Below are positions 38,490-51,415 of a stretch of DNA of 64,000 nucleotides, piece after piece. The stretch's first letter is position 1; every line of letters begins with the position of its first letter. Where the stretch lies: positions 67,022,001 through 67,086,000 of the forward strand of contig CM126207.1 in the NCBI GenBank assembly GCA_052327205.1, read 5' to 3'. Below the pieces are notes generated by a model. That model ran no database searches and had not been told where the DNA came from. It was given only the letters and a program-made list of their open reading frames with translations. The translations under genes and the position numbers were made by a program. Source of the DNA: Somniosus microcephalus (lineage: Eukaryota).

Positions 38490-40699
38490 TCATCACCAGA
38501 TACTGATTTACAGCAGTGAAGAAAAGGCAATAGATTCAGAATTTCAACTCTGCTTACAGTAAATTATAAATAGGTATTTTAAATACTTTTGTCCCACATC
38601 AATCTATTCTCACAAAGACAGTCCTGAAAGTGTGAAAATGATGATCTCTTCAGCTTGAGGAAATATTCAAGATCCTGTCTCCACTAATTCTTCGATATGC
38701 GACTTAGAGCAAGTTTAATTTAGAATTAAAAATTCCAGGAAGAAGTTAGAAGCTAGTTATAACTTTAACTTTTTAAAGTCCTTTGCTCCAAGGATGCAAG
38801 TGTAAAATTGCCGATAAGATGCTTATTAATACTAACAAAGTTCTGCTAGTAAGTCTGGAGTATAATTTCAAAACAAAGACTTTACTGATCTTTACTCATA
38901 TACACCCACAGTTGGGGAGCTGAGGAAAAGGGAAATGGAACGAGTTTATTTGTACAGTGAAAATGTTATTCTTCCGAAAAGTAAGTTTTTGAATTCCACA
39001 AACATCTGTATAAACATGTATGGATTACACCAAAGAAATTCTTTACTCTGAAAAATTTATAAACAAGCCATGGTATTCCATAAAAGTGGATTCTGAAGAA
39101 ACAGTAAACAGCAAAACTGATGAATGTTTTCCGTATGCTGCCAATCTGAAAGTGCTTTACGGAGTACAGATTACTCAAAAAAATCAGTTTTCCCAAGAAA
39201 ATATTACTTATAATAATGCTACCCCCAATAGCTATGCAATGACAGTTTGTTAATGGGGCCACTCAAATCAAATGAATTTTAAATACTACTACAGGACATA
39301 ATGTCACTCATATATGACTTGTATGTTGAGTGAATTCACACAAAATAAATTCACCTGAAGTAGAAAGTCCATACCAGAGAAGGATCTCAGTAGCAAATGT
39401 CATGAGTTATGACCAGCCCCAAACTTTGAACTGTAACTCACTATCTTGAGCACCCTCCCGATAAAAATTTGGCCAAATTCACATGGTTTAGAATCACTAT
39501 CTTTAATATCTTATTTAGAAACAGCACTGCATTTCTGTAATCTAGCAGCCATGTAAAACACAATTAGTTCGAGTACTGCTTGCAGCTGTACTGTCAATGG
39601 AACTCAGCGAAATTTGACAACAATCACTGATTAAAAACCAGATGCATTGGTGCCAAGAAATAGAACATTGGCACACCCTCTATTTATACGATAAGAAAGC
39701 AGCATGATTAAATGTCAAGTTTTTTAAGTTTAAAAATCTTCGTGAAAATAGAAAATGCTGGAAACAAGAGCTCTGGTGAAATTCACACACCATCCTTCTC
39801 ATCCTCTGTGGCTTGTGACACCATCCTCCTCCGCCTTAACCATGCCTGTGGGACTCACTATTCCATTCCTACTTGTTCCAATGTTGCCAGAACATCTAAA
39901 GAATGGCTTCTCCTCCCATGTGTACCCCAAGACTCTGTATTTGCCCCCCTCCTATTCATCGACATCAGTGATGTCCAATTGATGTCAAATATGTTAGTCA
40001 CTAGCCACATGTGGCTAACTGGGATTCAGATGTGGATTTTACATTTCTGATCAATAAATAAAACTAAGTAATAGACACCATCATTGGGCATGTGATCTTG
40101 ATACTCATTCACCCGTTTCTGTATGTGTACTTTAACCTTTTTGTCCATTTGTTGGTAAAAATAAGAAAAGCAGAGTGTACAAGTGTTTTTTGATCATTGA
40201 GTGCTTTACTTCCTTGGTTACTGAATGGTGGTAGATGTTTAAGTAGATATACTCGTGAAGTACAGTTACCTGTATTGCATAAATTATGTACACCATTTTC
40301 TACTAGAGTTAGCTTATGTGGCTAAAACGGTGGTGCCATAGCTACACCCATGACTAGTCAGCAATTTCTGTTGGACAACACTGAACTCCAAAGCAACATT
40401 ATCTGTAAACAGGGGGGGGGGGGGGGTGGTCAACATTCATGTGGGTGCCAAAGACACCCAGCAATAGTTCCCCAATACCACCCCAAACATATGACTGTTG
40501 TGCTGTACAAATTCCTGATCGACATCAAGTCATAGAGGAGCCAGAGCTTTTTACAGCTCTATGGAAAGAAAGACTTGCATTTATACAGCACCTTTCACGA
40601 CCAACGACATCTCAAAGCGCTTTACAGCCAGTGAAGTACATTTGAAGTGTAATCACTGTTGTAATGTGGGAACTTTTCTATATTAGAAAAGATCAAAGC

Positions 40700-43572
40700 C
40701 ATCAGGAACAAGGTAGATGAATTAGCTGTGGAAATAGAGGTTAATAATTATGACCTAATTGGGATTACGGAAACATGGTTGCAGGGTGAGCAGGGCTGGG
40801 AGCTTAACATACAGGGGTATTCAGTATTTAGGAAGGATCGACAAAAAAGAAAGGGAGGAGGGGTAGCATTGCTAGTAAAAGAGGGGATAAATGCAATTGA
40901 AAGGAAGGATATTAACTCAGTTAATACAGAATCTATATGGGTGGAGCTAAGAAATAGCGAGGGGCGAAAAACATTAATAGGAGTGGTATATAGGCCTCCA
41001 AATAGTAAAATAGAGGTTAGGGAGGGCATCACGAGGGAAATTAGAGAAGCGTGCAATAAGAGCACAGCTGTCATCATAGGTGACTTTAACTTACATATAG
41101 ATTGGACTAGCCTAATCAGTAAAAATAATGAGGAGGAGGAATTCCTTGAGTGTTTGAGGGATGGTTATCTGGATCAATATGTCGAGGAACCAACTCGGGA
41201 ACAGGCTATATTGGACTGGGTACTGTGCAATGAGAAGGGACTAATCAGTAATCTTGTTGTACGGGGACCCTTGGGTCAGAGCGATCATAACATGATCGAT
41301 TTCTCACTCGAAATGGAGAGCGAAGAAATTGACTCAGAGACTAAGGTCCTGAATTTAAACAAGGGGAATTATGATGCCATGAGACGGGAACTGAGTAGGT
41401 CTGATTGGACAACGTTCCTGGGAGGACTGGAGGTAGATAAACAATGGCAAACATTTAAAGATAGAATGACAAAATTGCAAAAATTGTTTATACCAATCTG
41501 GCATAAAAGGAAATCTAAAAAGGTGACTCAACCGTGGATAACAGGGGAAATTAGAGACAGCATAAAATCCAAAGATAGGGCGTATAAAATAGCCAAAAAA
41601 AGCGCCAGAGCGGAAGATTGGGAACAGTTTAAGATAGAGCAAAGGAGGGCAAAGGGCATAATCAAGAGGGGCAAAATAGCTTACGAAAACAAGCTGGCGG
41701 AAAATATAAAAACTAACTCCAAAAGCTTTTATAAGTATATCAAAAGGAAAAGACTGGTGAAAACCAAAGTTGGTCCATTGCAGTCAGATACGGGGGAATA
41801 TATAATGGGAAATAAGGAAATGGCAGATCAACTAAATGCATACTTTGGGTCAGTCTTTACGAAGGAAGACACAAAAAACCTCCCTGGGATATCGGGAAAA
41901 ATAGGGACATTGGCAAAGGAGGAACTGACGCAAATCAATATCTCTAAGGATATGGTGTTAAGGAAGCTAAAGGGATTGAAGGTGGACAAATCCCCAGGGC
42001 CTGATAACATGCATCCTAGGGTACTGAAGGAGGTGGCCCTAGAGATAGCGGATGCACTAAGGATGATTTTTCAGAATTCATTAGACTCGGGAACAGTGCC
42101 GATGGATTGGAGGGTAGCTAACGTTACCCCACTATTCAAAAAGGGGGGTAGGGAAAAAGCAGGTAATTACAGACCTGTAAGCCTTACATCAGTTGTGGGC
42201 AAAATGCTGGAGTCCATCATTAAGGATGAAATAGCGGAGCACTTAGCAAATGGGGACAGGATAGGACAGAGTCAACATGGATTTACAAAGGGTAAATCGT
42301 GCTTGACTAATCTATTGGAATTTTTTGAGGGAGTAACTGGTAGAATAGATGGGGGAGAGCCAGTAGATGTGGTGTACCTGGACTTCCAAAAGGCCTTCGA
42401 TAAGGTCCCACATAAAAGATTAGCATGGAAAATTGAGGCTCATGGGATAAAGGGGAAAGTTTTGGCGTGGATAGGGAACTGGCTGTCAGATAGAAAACAG
42501 AGAGTTGGAATAAACGGCTCATTTTCTGAATGGCAGGCAGTAACAAGTGGGGTACCACAGGGATCTGTCCTGGGCCCCCAGCTGTTCACAATTTACATTA
42601 ATGACCTGGATCAGGGAGTCGGATGCAGCATTTCCAAATTTGCAGACGACACTAAACTAGGAGGGGGGGTGGGCTCAGAGGAAGAGACCAGGAAGCTCCA
42701 GAGCGATTTGGACAGACTGGGCGATTGGGCGGATAAATGGCAGATGCACTATAATGTGGACAAGTGCGAAGTTATCCACCTTGGGTGCAGGAACGGGAGG
42801 GCAAATTATTATTTAAATGGCAATAGATTGGGAGAGGGGGAAGTACAGAGAGACCTGGGTGTTCTTGTACACCAGTCACTGAAGGCGAGCATGCAGGTGC
42901 AACAGGCGGTCAAGAAGGCAAACGGTATGCTGGCCTTCATAGCAAAAGGGTTAGAATACAGGAACAGGGATACCTTGCTGCAGCTGTACAGGGCACTGGT
43001 GAGACCACACCTCGAGTACTGTGTACAGTTTTGGTCGCCTCATCTGAGGAAGGATGTTCTTGCCATGGAGGGGGTGCAGCGGCGATTCACCAGGCTGATA
43101 CCAGGAATGGCGGGAATGACCTATGAGGAGAGACTATGTAGTTTAGGGATGTACACACTGGAGTTTAGAAGATTGAGAGGGGACCTCATAGAAGTGTATA
43201 AAATTCTGACAGGTCTAGACAGACTGGATGCAGAAGGAATGTTTCCCTTGGCGGGTGAGAACAGAACTAGAGGACATAATTTAAGGATAAGGGCTAAACC
43301 ATTTAGGACAGAGATGAGGGGGAATTTCTTCACTCAGAGAGTGGTGAACCTGTGGAACTCATTGCCACAGAGGGCAGTGTACGCCAGCTCATTAAATATA
43401 TTTAAGAGGGAATTAGATATATTTCTACGGGCAAAAGGGGTTAAGGGTTACGGAGAGAAGGCGGGGACGGGATACTGAATTAAAGGATCAGCCATGATCT
43501 CATCGAATGGCGGAGCAGGCACGAAGGGCCGAATGGCCTACTCCTGCTCCTATCTTCTATGTATCTATGTAT
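40700..43572 (+). mobile_element. CR1 LINE, 5'-truncated just inside ORF2, with 3'UTR and (TCTATGTA)n tail
   Basis: Lies in SSR3 intron 1, antisense to SSR3. The 3'UTR stem-loop is GGAGCAGG...CCTGCTCC. Confidence 0.95.
40728..43478 (+). CDS. CR1 ORF2: AP endonuclease + reverse transcriptase, 916 aa uninterrupted
   Basis: Endonuclease motifs GITETW, GDFN and SDH; RT motifs YRPVSLTS, DFQKAFD, GVPQGSVLGP and FADD. Confidence 0.93.
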   Translation: MEIEVNNYDLIGITETWLQGEQGWELNIQGYSVFRKDRQKRKGGGVALLVKEGINAIERKDINSVNTESIWVELRNSEGRKTLIGVVYRPPNSKIEVREGITREIREACNKSTAVIIGDFNLHIDWTSLISKNNEEEEFLECLRDGYLDQYVEEPTREQAILDWVLCNEKGLISNLVVRGPLGQSDHNMIDFSLEMESEEIDSETKVLNLNKGNYDAMRRELSRSDWTTFLGGLEVDKQWQTFKDRMTKLQKLFIPIWHKRKSKKVTQPWITGEIRDSIKSKDRAYKIAKKSARAEDWEQFKIEQRRAKGIIKRGKIAYENKLAENIKTNSKSFYKYIKRKRLVKTKVGPLQSDTGEYIMGNKEMADQLNAYFGSVFTKEDTKNLPGISGKIGTLAKEELTQINISKDMVLRKLKGLKVDKSPGPDNMHPRVLKEVALEIADALRMIFQNSLDSGTVPMDWRVANVTPLFKKGGREKAGNYRPVSLTSVVGKMLESIIKDEIAEHLANGDRIGQSQHGFTKGKSCLTNLLEFFEGVTGRIDGGEPVDVVYLDFQKAFDKVPHKRLAWKIEAHGIKGKVLAWIGNWLSDRKQRVGINGSFSEWQAVTSGVPQGSVLGPQLFTIYINDLDQGVGCSISKFADDTKLGGGVGSEEETRKLQSDLDRLGDWADKWQMHYNVDKCEVIHLGCRNGRANYYLNGNRLGEGEVQRDLGVLVHQSLKASMQVQQAVKKANGMLAFIAKGLEYRNRDTLLQLYRALVRPHLEYCVQFWSPHLRKDVLAMEGVQRRFTRLIPGMAGMTYEERLCSLGMYTLEFRRLRGDLIEVYKILTGLDRLDAEGMFPLAGENRTRGHNLRIRAKPFRTEMRGNFFTQRVVNLWNSLPQRAVYASSLNIFKRELDIFLRAKGVKGYGEKAGTGY

Positions 43573-44161
43573 CATCAGAAACCCCATACCCCTGCACTGG
43601 ATCTCATTCCCTTTCTGGATGCCTGTTTAAGCTCAATCATATAGCTTGTAACCGGTGTCTCACTCAACCCGAAACAGATCACATCCAGTCTATCTCAAAA
43701 CTTCAACCTCCGAAATGTTGCCATTTCCATCATGACCATATCCCACTGCAATCCTCATTCATGCCTTGGTCACCTCCAAGTTCAAGGCCTTCCTCCTGAG
43801 TGTCACATCTGTAAACTCCATCACTTGGATCCCAGCTCACTCCATCACCACTCCTTGCCAAGCTCCATTGGCTCCCCTTCCTTCAATGCATTGGTTTCAA
43901 AATTCTCATCTACATAACCCTTCATGGCCTCATTGCTCTCGAATTTTACAACATTCTCCTGCCCTACATTGCAGCTTGCACCCTCCATTCTTTCATCTTT
44001 CTGGTGAGCATTTCCTTCCCCTCTGCTTTTGGTTAGTAGCACAGCCCTCAGCCACTTTGCCCCCACAAACACAACAACTCCCTCCTTAAAACCCACCTAT
44101 GTTGCTACATTGCTCCCCACTATCAAATACTTTCCATTCCAGCTTAGATCTAACACCAGAA

Positions 44162-44785
44162 ACTTAACTGGACCAGCCACATAAATACTGTGGCTACAAG
44201 AGCAGGTCAGAGGCTGGGTATTCTGCAGCTAGTGTCTCACCTCCAGACTCCCCAAAGCCTTTCCACCATCTACAAGTAAGGAGTGTGATGGAATACTCTC
44301 CACTTGCCTGGATGAGTGCAGCTTCAACAACACTCAAGAAGTTCAACACCATCCAAGACAAAGCAGCCCGCTTGATTGGCACCCCATCCACCACCTTAAA
44401 CATTCACTCCCTCCACCACCGGCATACCGTGGCTGCAGTGTGTGCCATCTACAAGATGCACTGCAGCAACTCGCCATGGCTTCTTTGGCAGCACCTCCCA
44501 AACTAGCGATCTCTACCACCTAGGACACAGGCAGCAGGCACATGGGAACACCATCACCTCCAAGTTCCCCACCATCCTTACTTGGAAATATATTGCTGTT
44601 CCTTCATCGTCACTGGGTCAAAATCCTGGAACTCCCTCCCTAACAGCACTGTGGGAGTACCTTCACTACACGGACTGCAGTGGTTCAAGGCGACAGCTCA
44701 CCACCACTTTCTCAAGGGCAATTAGTGATGGGCAATAAATGCTGGCCTTGCCATTGATGCCCACATCCCAGGAATATTAAAAAAA
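44162..44785 (+). mobile_element. CR1-group LINE 3' fragment
   Basis: Encodes MEYSPLAWMSAASTTLKKFNTIQDKAARLIG. Same family as 11015-12142. Confidence 0.85.
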
Positions 44786-45129
44786 CTATGAAACAGCTTG
44801 GACTTTTTGTTACGTTAAAAGACACACATATAAAAAATTGTTAAAAATGTATACAAGAGTTAATTTCATTAAAATAGCATAACATTCAAAAATCTAACAA
44901 AACAGTCCCATATGCACTAATACAGTGACCTGCAAGAAGATTACACTAATCACCATTGTGCACATTTTATTCGCACACACAAGGTCAGGCAATTGTTCAA
45001 TTCTTGCCCCAAGACATTCAACGTGTATTCATCGTTTTACACCTTTAAATCATCTTTACTTCATTTTCCCGCTTCATGCTAGATTATTCCCCAAATGTAT
45101 TTATAGTAATAACTGGGCCACTGGCTGGG

Positions 45130-45770
45130 GATGATGAGCCCGGTTGTGTGCCTGGCGGTTCTGCAGACCGGGTGGCGCCTGGTGCACTCGCACTGCCACA
45201 TCAGCCACACCCGAGGGACGAGGCCCCGTCCTCCGTATCCTTCCAGACAGGAGCGCTAATGCTTCTTGCACAAGCAGCGTGAAGTAGCCGGGCCCGCTCC
45301 CCTCCCCACTCGGTCGGTGTCTGCGAGCAGCACCGGCTCCGCTGGCACCGTCCTTCCCTCCCTCCCCCCGGGTACTTACAGATGGGAATGGCCGACACGA
45401 TGAACGCGTTTCCGTAAAAGAGTGCGGATGATTTGGCCGAGACATTCCTGCTAAAGTCCTGCAGCAGTAAGTCCTCCTCCGACTGCTGCTTGCTGCCTTT
45501 AGGCGCCATCGTTCCACGTCGCCAGATCGAGTCCTCCCAGAGAGCCGTCAGCTCTCAGCCCGGCCCACAGTCCCCCGCGACAGCTGCACCCCTGACCCAC
45601 CTCAACTACACCACAAGGACAGCGAGAGCTCGTTACACAAATTATACCATCAGAACTGCCATTAACAAAAAAAAATACTCATCAATTCGAAAAAAGTTTA
45701 TACATGCCAAGATGCTTTGGGTTTCTGTTATGGCTGTGGAGTGAAGCTGAATGGGTTGCCGCCATCTTTA
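45130..45770 (-). promoter_or_regulatory. SSR3 CpG-rich promoter/first-exon region with a YY1-type motif
   Basis: Local CpG enrichment around exon 1. GCCGCCATCTT at 45758-45768 matches the YY1 consensus CCGCCATnTT. Confidence 0.55.
45380..45509 (-). CDS. SSR3: SSR3 exon 1, signal sequence receptor subunit 3 / TRAP-gamma ([43 protein letters not shown])
   Basis: ATG at 45509 and gtaagt donor. The five exons total 555 nt (184 aa + stop). The context is CpG-rich. Confidence 0.97.
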
Positions 45771-45814
45771 GTACAGGCACAAAATGCCACAACCTGACTC
45801 TCGAACATTTTTAT

Positions 45815-46497
45815 CCTCTTAGGCAGTCCATCGGAACTGACGATGACTTGCTTCCACACTAGAAATGAGTTCTCAGGTGATTGATGAGTCCAATGCGGGA
45901 CCTACAGTCTCTGTCACAGGTGGGGCAGATGGTGGTTGAAGGTGTGGGGAGCTTGGGTTGACGTGCGCTCCTTCCGCTGTTTGCGCTTGGCTTCCACTTG
46001 CTCCTGGCAAAGAGAGTCGAGGTGTTCGGCGCCTTCCCGGATGCTTCTCCTCCACTTCGTGTGGTCTTGGGCCAGGGATTCCCAGGTGTCAGAGGGCATA
46101 TTGCACTTTTTCAAGGAGGCTTTGAGGGTGTCCTTGAAGCGTTTCCTCTGCCCACCTGGGGCTTTCTTGCTGTGTCGGAGCTCCGAGTAGAGCGCTTGCT
46201 TTGGGAGTCGCGTATCGGGCATGCGGACGATGTAGCCCGTCCATCGGAGTTGATTGAGCATGGTCAAAGCTTCGATGCTGGGGATGTTGGCCTGAGCGAG
46301 AACACTGATGTTGGTGCACCTATCCTGCCAATGGATTTGCAGGATCTTGCGGAGGCAGCGTTGGTGGTACCTCTCCAGTGCTTTGAGTTGCCTGCTGTAC
46401 ATGGTCCATGTCTCTGAAGCATACAGGAGGGTGGATATCACTACTGCTCTGTAGACCATGAGCTTGGTGCTAGGTTTGAGGTACTGGTCTTCAAACA
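45815..46497 (-). mobile_element. RTE-clade LINE 3' fragment
   Basis: Encodes VYRAVVISTLLYASETWT...LRWTGYIVRMPDTRLPKQALYSEL...GGQRKRFKDTLKASLK. Confidence 0.88.
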
Positions 46498-46527
46498 GGT
46501 CTCTTTGTTTCTTAAATTTTTATCCTA

Positions 46528-46953
46528 CATCAACAAGAACAACAACAACTTGTATTTATATAGTGCCTTTAACGTAGTACAACGTCCCAAGGCGCTTCAC
46601 AGGAGGATAAGAAGACAACAAATTTGACACTGAGCCACATAAGGGGAAATTAGGGCAGGTGCCCAAAACCTTGGTCAAAGAGGTAGGTTTTAAGGAGCGT
46701 TTTAAAGGAGGAAAGAGAGGTGGAGAGGTTTAGGTAGGGAATTAAAGAGCTTAGGGCCTAGGCAACAGAAGGCACGGCCACCATTGGTTGAGCGATTATA
46801 ATCAGGGATGCTCAAGAGGGCAGAATTAGCGGAGCGCAGCTATCTCGGGGGGGTTGTGGGGCTGAAGGAGATCACAGAGATAGGGAGGGGCAAGGCCATG
46901 GAGGGATTTGAAAACAAGGATGAGAATTTTGAAATTGAGGCGTTGCTTAACCG
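46528..46953 (-). mobile_element. L2 LINE 3' end
   Basis: Reverse complement of about 6820-7242, including the (CAA)n tail. Confidence 0.88.
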
Positions 46954-46989
46954 GCTTGAGGGGCCATAAGGCCTACTGCTCCTATTTCT

Positions 46990-48215
46990 TATGTGACAAA
47001 ATACAAGACATTAATGAGCCTGCAGAATGGGCGTGTAATTGGCAAATTAATTTCAATATAGTTAAGTGTGAGGTGGTATATTTTGGTGGGAAGAACAAGG
47101 AGGCCACATACTGCTTGGAAATTAAGAGTCTAAATGGGGTAGAAGCGCAGATATAGGGATATTGATACACAGATCACTAAAAGTAGCACTGCACGTTAAC
47201 AAGGCCATAAAAAAGCAAACCAAGCACGGGGTTCATTTCTAGAGGGATAGAATTGAAAAGCAGAGAAGTTATGTTAAACCTGCATCGACATATCAAAAGA
47301 AATGTACAAAGGGGAAACATCGAAAGGAACGCATGTCGAGACATGGTGGGGGAGACCTAAAAGCCAGATTTGGGTTTTAAGGAGACTTCTAAAGGTGGAG
47401 AGAGAAGTAGATAGGCAGAGAAGAAATAGGGAGGTTGTTCCAGATCGTAGGGCAAAGGCAGCTGAAGGTCCTGCCCCCAATAGTAGGGCGAATGAAGAGG
47501 AAATCACAAAGGCCAGAGTTTGAGGACTGACATGCGCAAAGAGATGAAAGGAATTTCAGAGATATGGTGGGGTGATGCTGTGGAAGGATTTAAAGATGAG
47601 AATTGGGATTTTGAATTCAGTGCATTGGGGACAAAGAGTTGGCATAAATCATTGAGGGCAGAAATGATGGGCGAGTGGGATGTAGTGTGAGACAGAATGG
47701 GTCAGCTGAGTTTTGGACATGTTGGAGTTTATGGAGGGTACGGATAGGAAGCAGGAAAGGAGGATGTTGGAGAAATTGGGTCTGGACAAAAGCATAGATA
47801 GAGTTTTTGGCAATTGTGGGAGTGAGATAGGAACACTGGCAGGAGATGTGAAACTGCAAGGATGCAGTCTTGGTGATAGATAGGATGTTGGGTTTGAAAA
47901 CATGAGTTTGGAGAGGGCAGTGAAGATGAGAGATAAACTGAAAGAATTAAGTAGAATTTACAGCACAGAAACACCATTCGACCCAATGGGTCTGTGTCAT
48001 TGTTTAAGCTCCACACAAGCCTCCTCCCACCCTACTTCATCTAACCATATCTGCATATCCTTCTATTCCTTTCTCCCTCATGTACTTATCCAGCTTCCCC
48101 TTAAAGGTATCTACGCTATTTGCCTCAACTACTCCATGTGGTAGCAAGTTCCACATTCTAAGCACACTCTGGGTAAAGAGGTTCCTTTTAAATTCTTTAT
48201 TACATTTATTAGTGA
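46990..48215. mobile_element. Cluster of old CR1 (+, about 46990-47285), L2 (-, about 47340-47900) and CR1 (-, about 47960-48215) fragments
   Basis: Remnants WQINFNIVKCEVVYFG, LHKLQHVQNSA and RNLFTQSVLRMWNLLP. Confidence 0.7.
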
Positions 48216-48324
48216 TCAATAAATAGACCGTGGAATGATGGATATAGTGAGTGGGGATTCGGGGTGGGGATAGGACGAGGTCAGTGACAGTCTTGGAAAC
48301 AATGGCTTGATGTTTGATGGCAAG

Positions 48325-50255
48325 ACTGTCACTGTCACTGACCTGATCTCCTCTTGAGATCTTCCCTCCATGACCCCCAACTCCACACAGCCCGCGTCTA
48401 CCTCCTTCCCAAGATCCACAAACAAGACTGCCCTGGTAGACCCATCGTTTCAGCCTGTTCTTGCCCCACAGAACTTATCTCTTCCTATCTCGACACTTTT
48501 TTTCTCCCCTTGTCCAGTCTCTTCCCACCTACATCAGCGACTCTTCTGATGCCCTCCGTCACTTTAACAGTTTGCAGTTTCCTGGCCCCAACCGTCTCCT
48601 TTTCACTGTGGACGTCCAATCCCTCTACACCTCCATCCCCCACCAGGACAGTCGCGGGCACTCCGCTTCTTCCTTGAACAGAGGCCCAACCAGTCCCCAT
48701 CCACCACCACCCTCCTCCGCCTGGCTGAACTTGTTCTCACATTGAACAACTTCTCCTTTGACTCCACTCACTTCCTCCAAATTAAAGGTGTTGCTATGGG
48801 AACCCGCATGGGCCCTAGCTATGCCTGCCTGTTCATGGGATATGTGGAACATTCTTTGTTCCAGTCCTACTCAGGTCCCCTCCCTCACCTCTTTTTCCGG
48901 TACATCGATGACTGTATTGGTGCCGTTTCCTGCTCTCGCCCTGAACTGGATAAGTTCATTCACTTTACTTCCAATTTCCATCCTGCCCTCACCTTCACAT
49001 GGTCCATCTCCGACTCTTCCCTTCCCTTCCTTGACTTCTCCGTCTCCATTTCTGGCGATCGGCTTTCAACAAACATCCACTACAAGCCCACCGACTCCCA
49101 CAGCTACCTGGACTACACTTCCTCCCACCCCGCCTCCTGTAAGGACTCTATTCCATTCTCCCAGTTTCTCCGTCTCCGCCGCGTCTGTTCTGACGATGCC
49201 ACCTTCCATACTAGTGCTTCTGACATGTCTTCCTTTTTCCTCAACCGCGGATTTGACCGTGTCCGTTCTATTTCCCGCACTTCTGCTCTCACCCCTGCCC
49301 CTCCCTCCCAGAACCACGATAGGGTTCCCCTTGTCCTCACCTTTCACCCCACCAGCCTCCACATTCAATGGATCATCCTCCGCCATTTCCGCCACCTCCA
49401 ACGTGATCCCACCACCAAACACATCTTCCCCTCATCTCCCCTTTCAGCATTCCGAAGGGACCGCTCCCTCCGCGACACCCTGGTCCACTCCTCAATCACC
49501 CCCAACGGCCCTGCTCCTTCACCTGGCACCTTCCCATGCAAGCGCAGGAGATGCAACACATGCCCTTTTACCTCCTCCCTTCCCACTGTCCAGGGCCCCA
49601 AACACCCCTTCCAGGTGAAACAGCGATTTACTTGTGCTTCTTGCAATTTAATATACTGTATTCGCTACTCACGATGCGGTCTCCTCTACATTGGGGAGAC
49701 CAAACGCAAATTGGGCGACCGCTTTGCGGAACACCTCCGTTCAGTCCGTACGGGTGACCCTGAGATTCCGGTCACCTGTCACTTTAATTCACCGCTTCAC
49801 TCCCACTCTGATCTCTCTGTCCTCGGGCTATTGCATTGTTCCAATGAAGCTCAACGTAAGCTCGAGGAACAGCACCTCATCTTTCGATTGGGCACTTTAT
49901 AGCCTGCCGGACTCAACATTGAGTTCAACAATTTCAGATAATTATCCCTGCCCCCATTTTTCATGCAGTATGATTTTTGCCATTCCCATTTGCAATATTT
50001 TATCTTTCCTGCCTCTTACAAAAGTACAGGATATTCTTTCTACTCCTTCCTCCCCTCCTAACTCCCCCCCCCCACCCTGTCTCTGCACCTGCTTAATATC
50101 TGTTACATCTCCAGCTTTTTCCAGTTCTGATGAAGGGTCCCAGACCTGAAACGTTAACTCTGTTTCTCTCTCCACGGATGCTGCCTGGCCTGCTGAGTAT
50201 TTCCAGCATTTTCTGTTGTTATTTCAGATTTCCAGCATCCGCAGTATTTTGCAAT
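48325..50255 (+). mobile_element. Penelope-like retroelement (Neptune-type), 5'-truncated, frameshifted
   Basis: Motifs [29 protein letters not shown] and GIY-YIG. Highly similar to 461-2240. Confidence 0.93.
50123..50159 (+). ncRNA. Minimal type I hammerhead ribozyme motif in Penelope tail
   Basis: AGTT-CTGATGAA-GGGTC-CCA-GACCT-GAAA-CGTT-AACT: stem I AGTT/AACT, 5-bp stem II with one G-U pair, palindromic AACGTT stem III. Confidence 0.75.
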
Positions 50256-51144
50256 TATGTTATTATTTAACTTCTATATAGGAGCTATAGCTCTCTAAAA
50301 TAAGGTATGTTATTTCACAAACTCTCACTTCCCGATAGCTAGCCTTTTTATATCCCTGATTAGCATCATAATGTTGTGATTTATGTCATGGCTAGGTTTG
50401 AGTTATTTACAGGTGTTCACTTGTAATGTAGTTCTACCTGTACATTGTGGTCACGTGAAAAAGGTATATCTGGAACAAGTTTTCATCCTAATTCAAACAC
50501 AAGCTCCTCTGCATCTTGTATCAATGCCTAATATCCATTCAGCTGTAGGGTAAACCACTGTTCATATTACTCGTTGCAACACCTGCTGCTCCAGGTACTA
50601 CAGACTTACAAATTCTTAGAGGACGTGTTTGTTGTGCATCAATCATATCTGATGCTGCACTGCAACAGTAAAATATAAACACTTATTTAAAGATACTAGC
50701 TGATCTCCTGTGGCATTGCTCCAGATTTGTGTGCTTTGGCCTCTTACCTCTCCCCAGAGCTGCAGGTGGGCACTGCTCAGCATGTCATGATTGGAAGTGT
50801 TCTCTCCCAGTTTACTCTCTCTGCCTCCAAGCCTTTCTTTTTCCTCTGTAGGCTCCTTCTCAGCCTCTCTGATATTATTCTAGTTCATAAATATTCCTTT
50901 CGACTCCAGAGCTTTGTTTTGACTTGATTTGCATACACTTATACTTTTTTTCACATGAATTCTATCCTGCTCTGCTTTGTGTTTTCCTTAACCACAGAAT
51001 TCAAAAACTAATTAAAGGCAAGATTTCAGTTGGAGCTGTAATGTTTATTTATAATTATTGTAGGTACAAACCCAACATGGCTGCTTGGGTGTTTTTGTGG
51101 GGATTTGATTGGCCTGTGGTGTCTAATGGTTTGCAAAGAGCAAC

Positions 51145-51356
51145 ATGACTCTCTTCCGCAGATATGTTCGCGCCCGGGTGTCCCTGGCCGGAGCACGCGG
51201 TGTCCGCCGGTACGCTTGAGGTCTTCCGCGACCGGTGGGCACTGGAGGGACTGGAGTGCATTATCGACATGGCCAACCACATTTTACTTTACTTTGTTTT
51301 GTTTTACTGATAAGTTACAGTTTTTTGTTTGTGCCCCTTTTAAAAGGGGGCATTTG
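51145..51356 (+). mobile_element. Tx1/L1-clade LINE 3' end fragment
   Basis: Encodes FRRYVRARVSL...HAVSAGTLEVFRDRWALEGLECII. The T-rich 3'UTR ends in the hairpin TGCCCCTTTTAAAAGGGGGCA. Confidence 0.6.
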
Positions 51357-51415
51357 TTAACTCTCATTGTTGATGACAAGGATAGCGCCTGCTTGCCGGA
51401 GGGCAAGGGCGAGAT

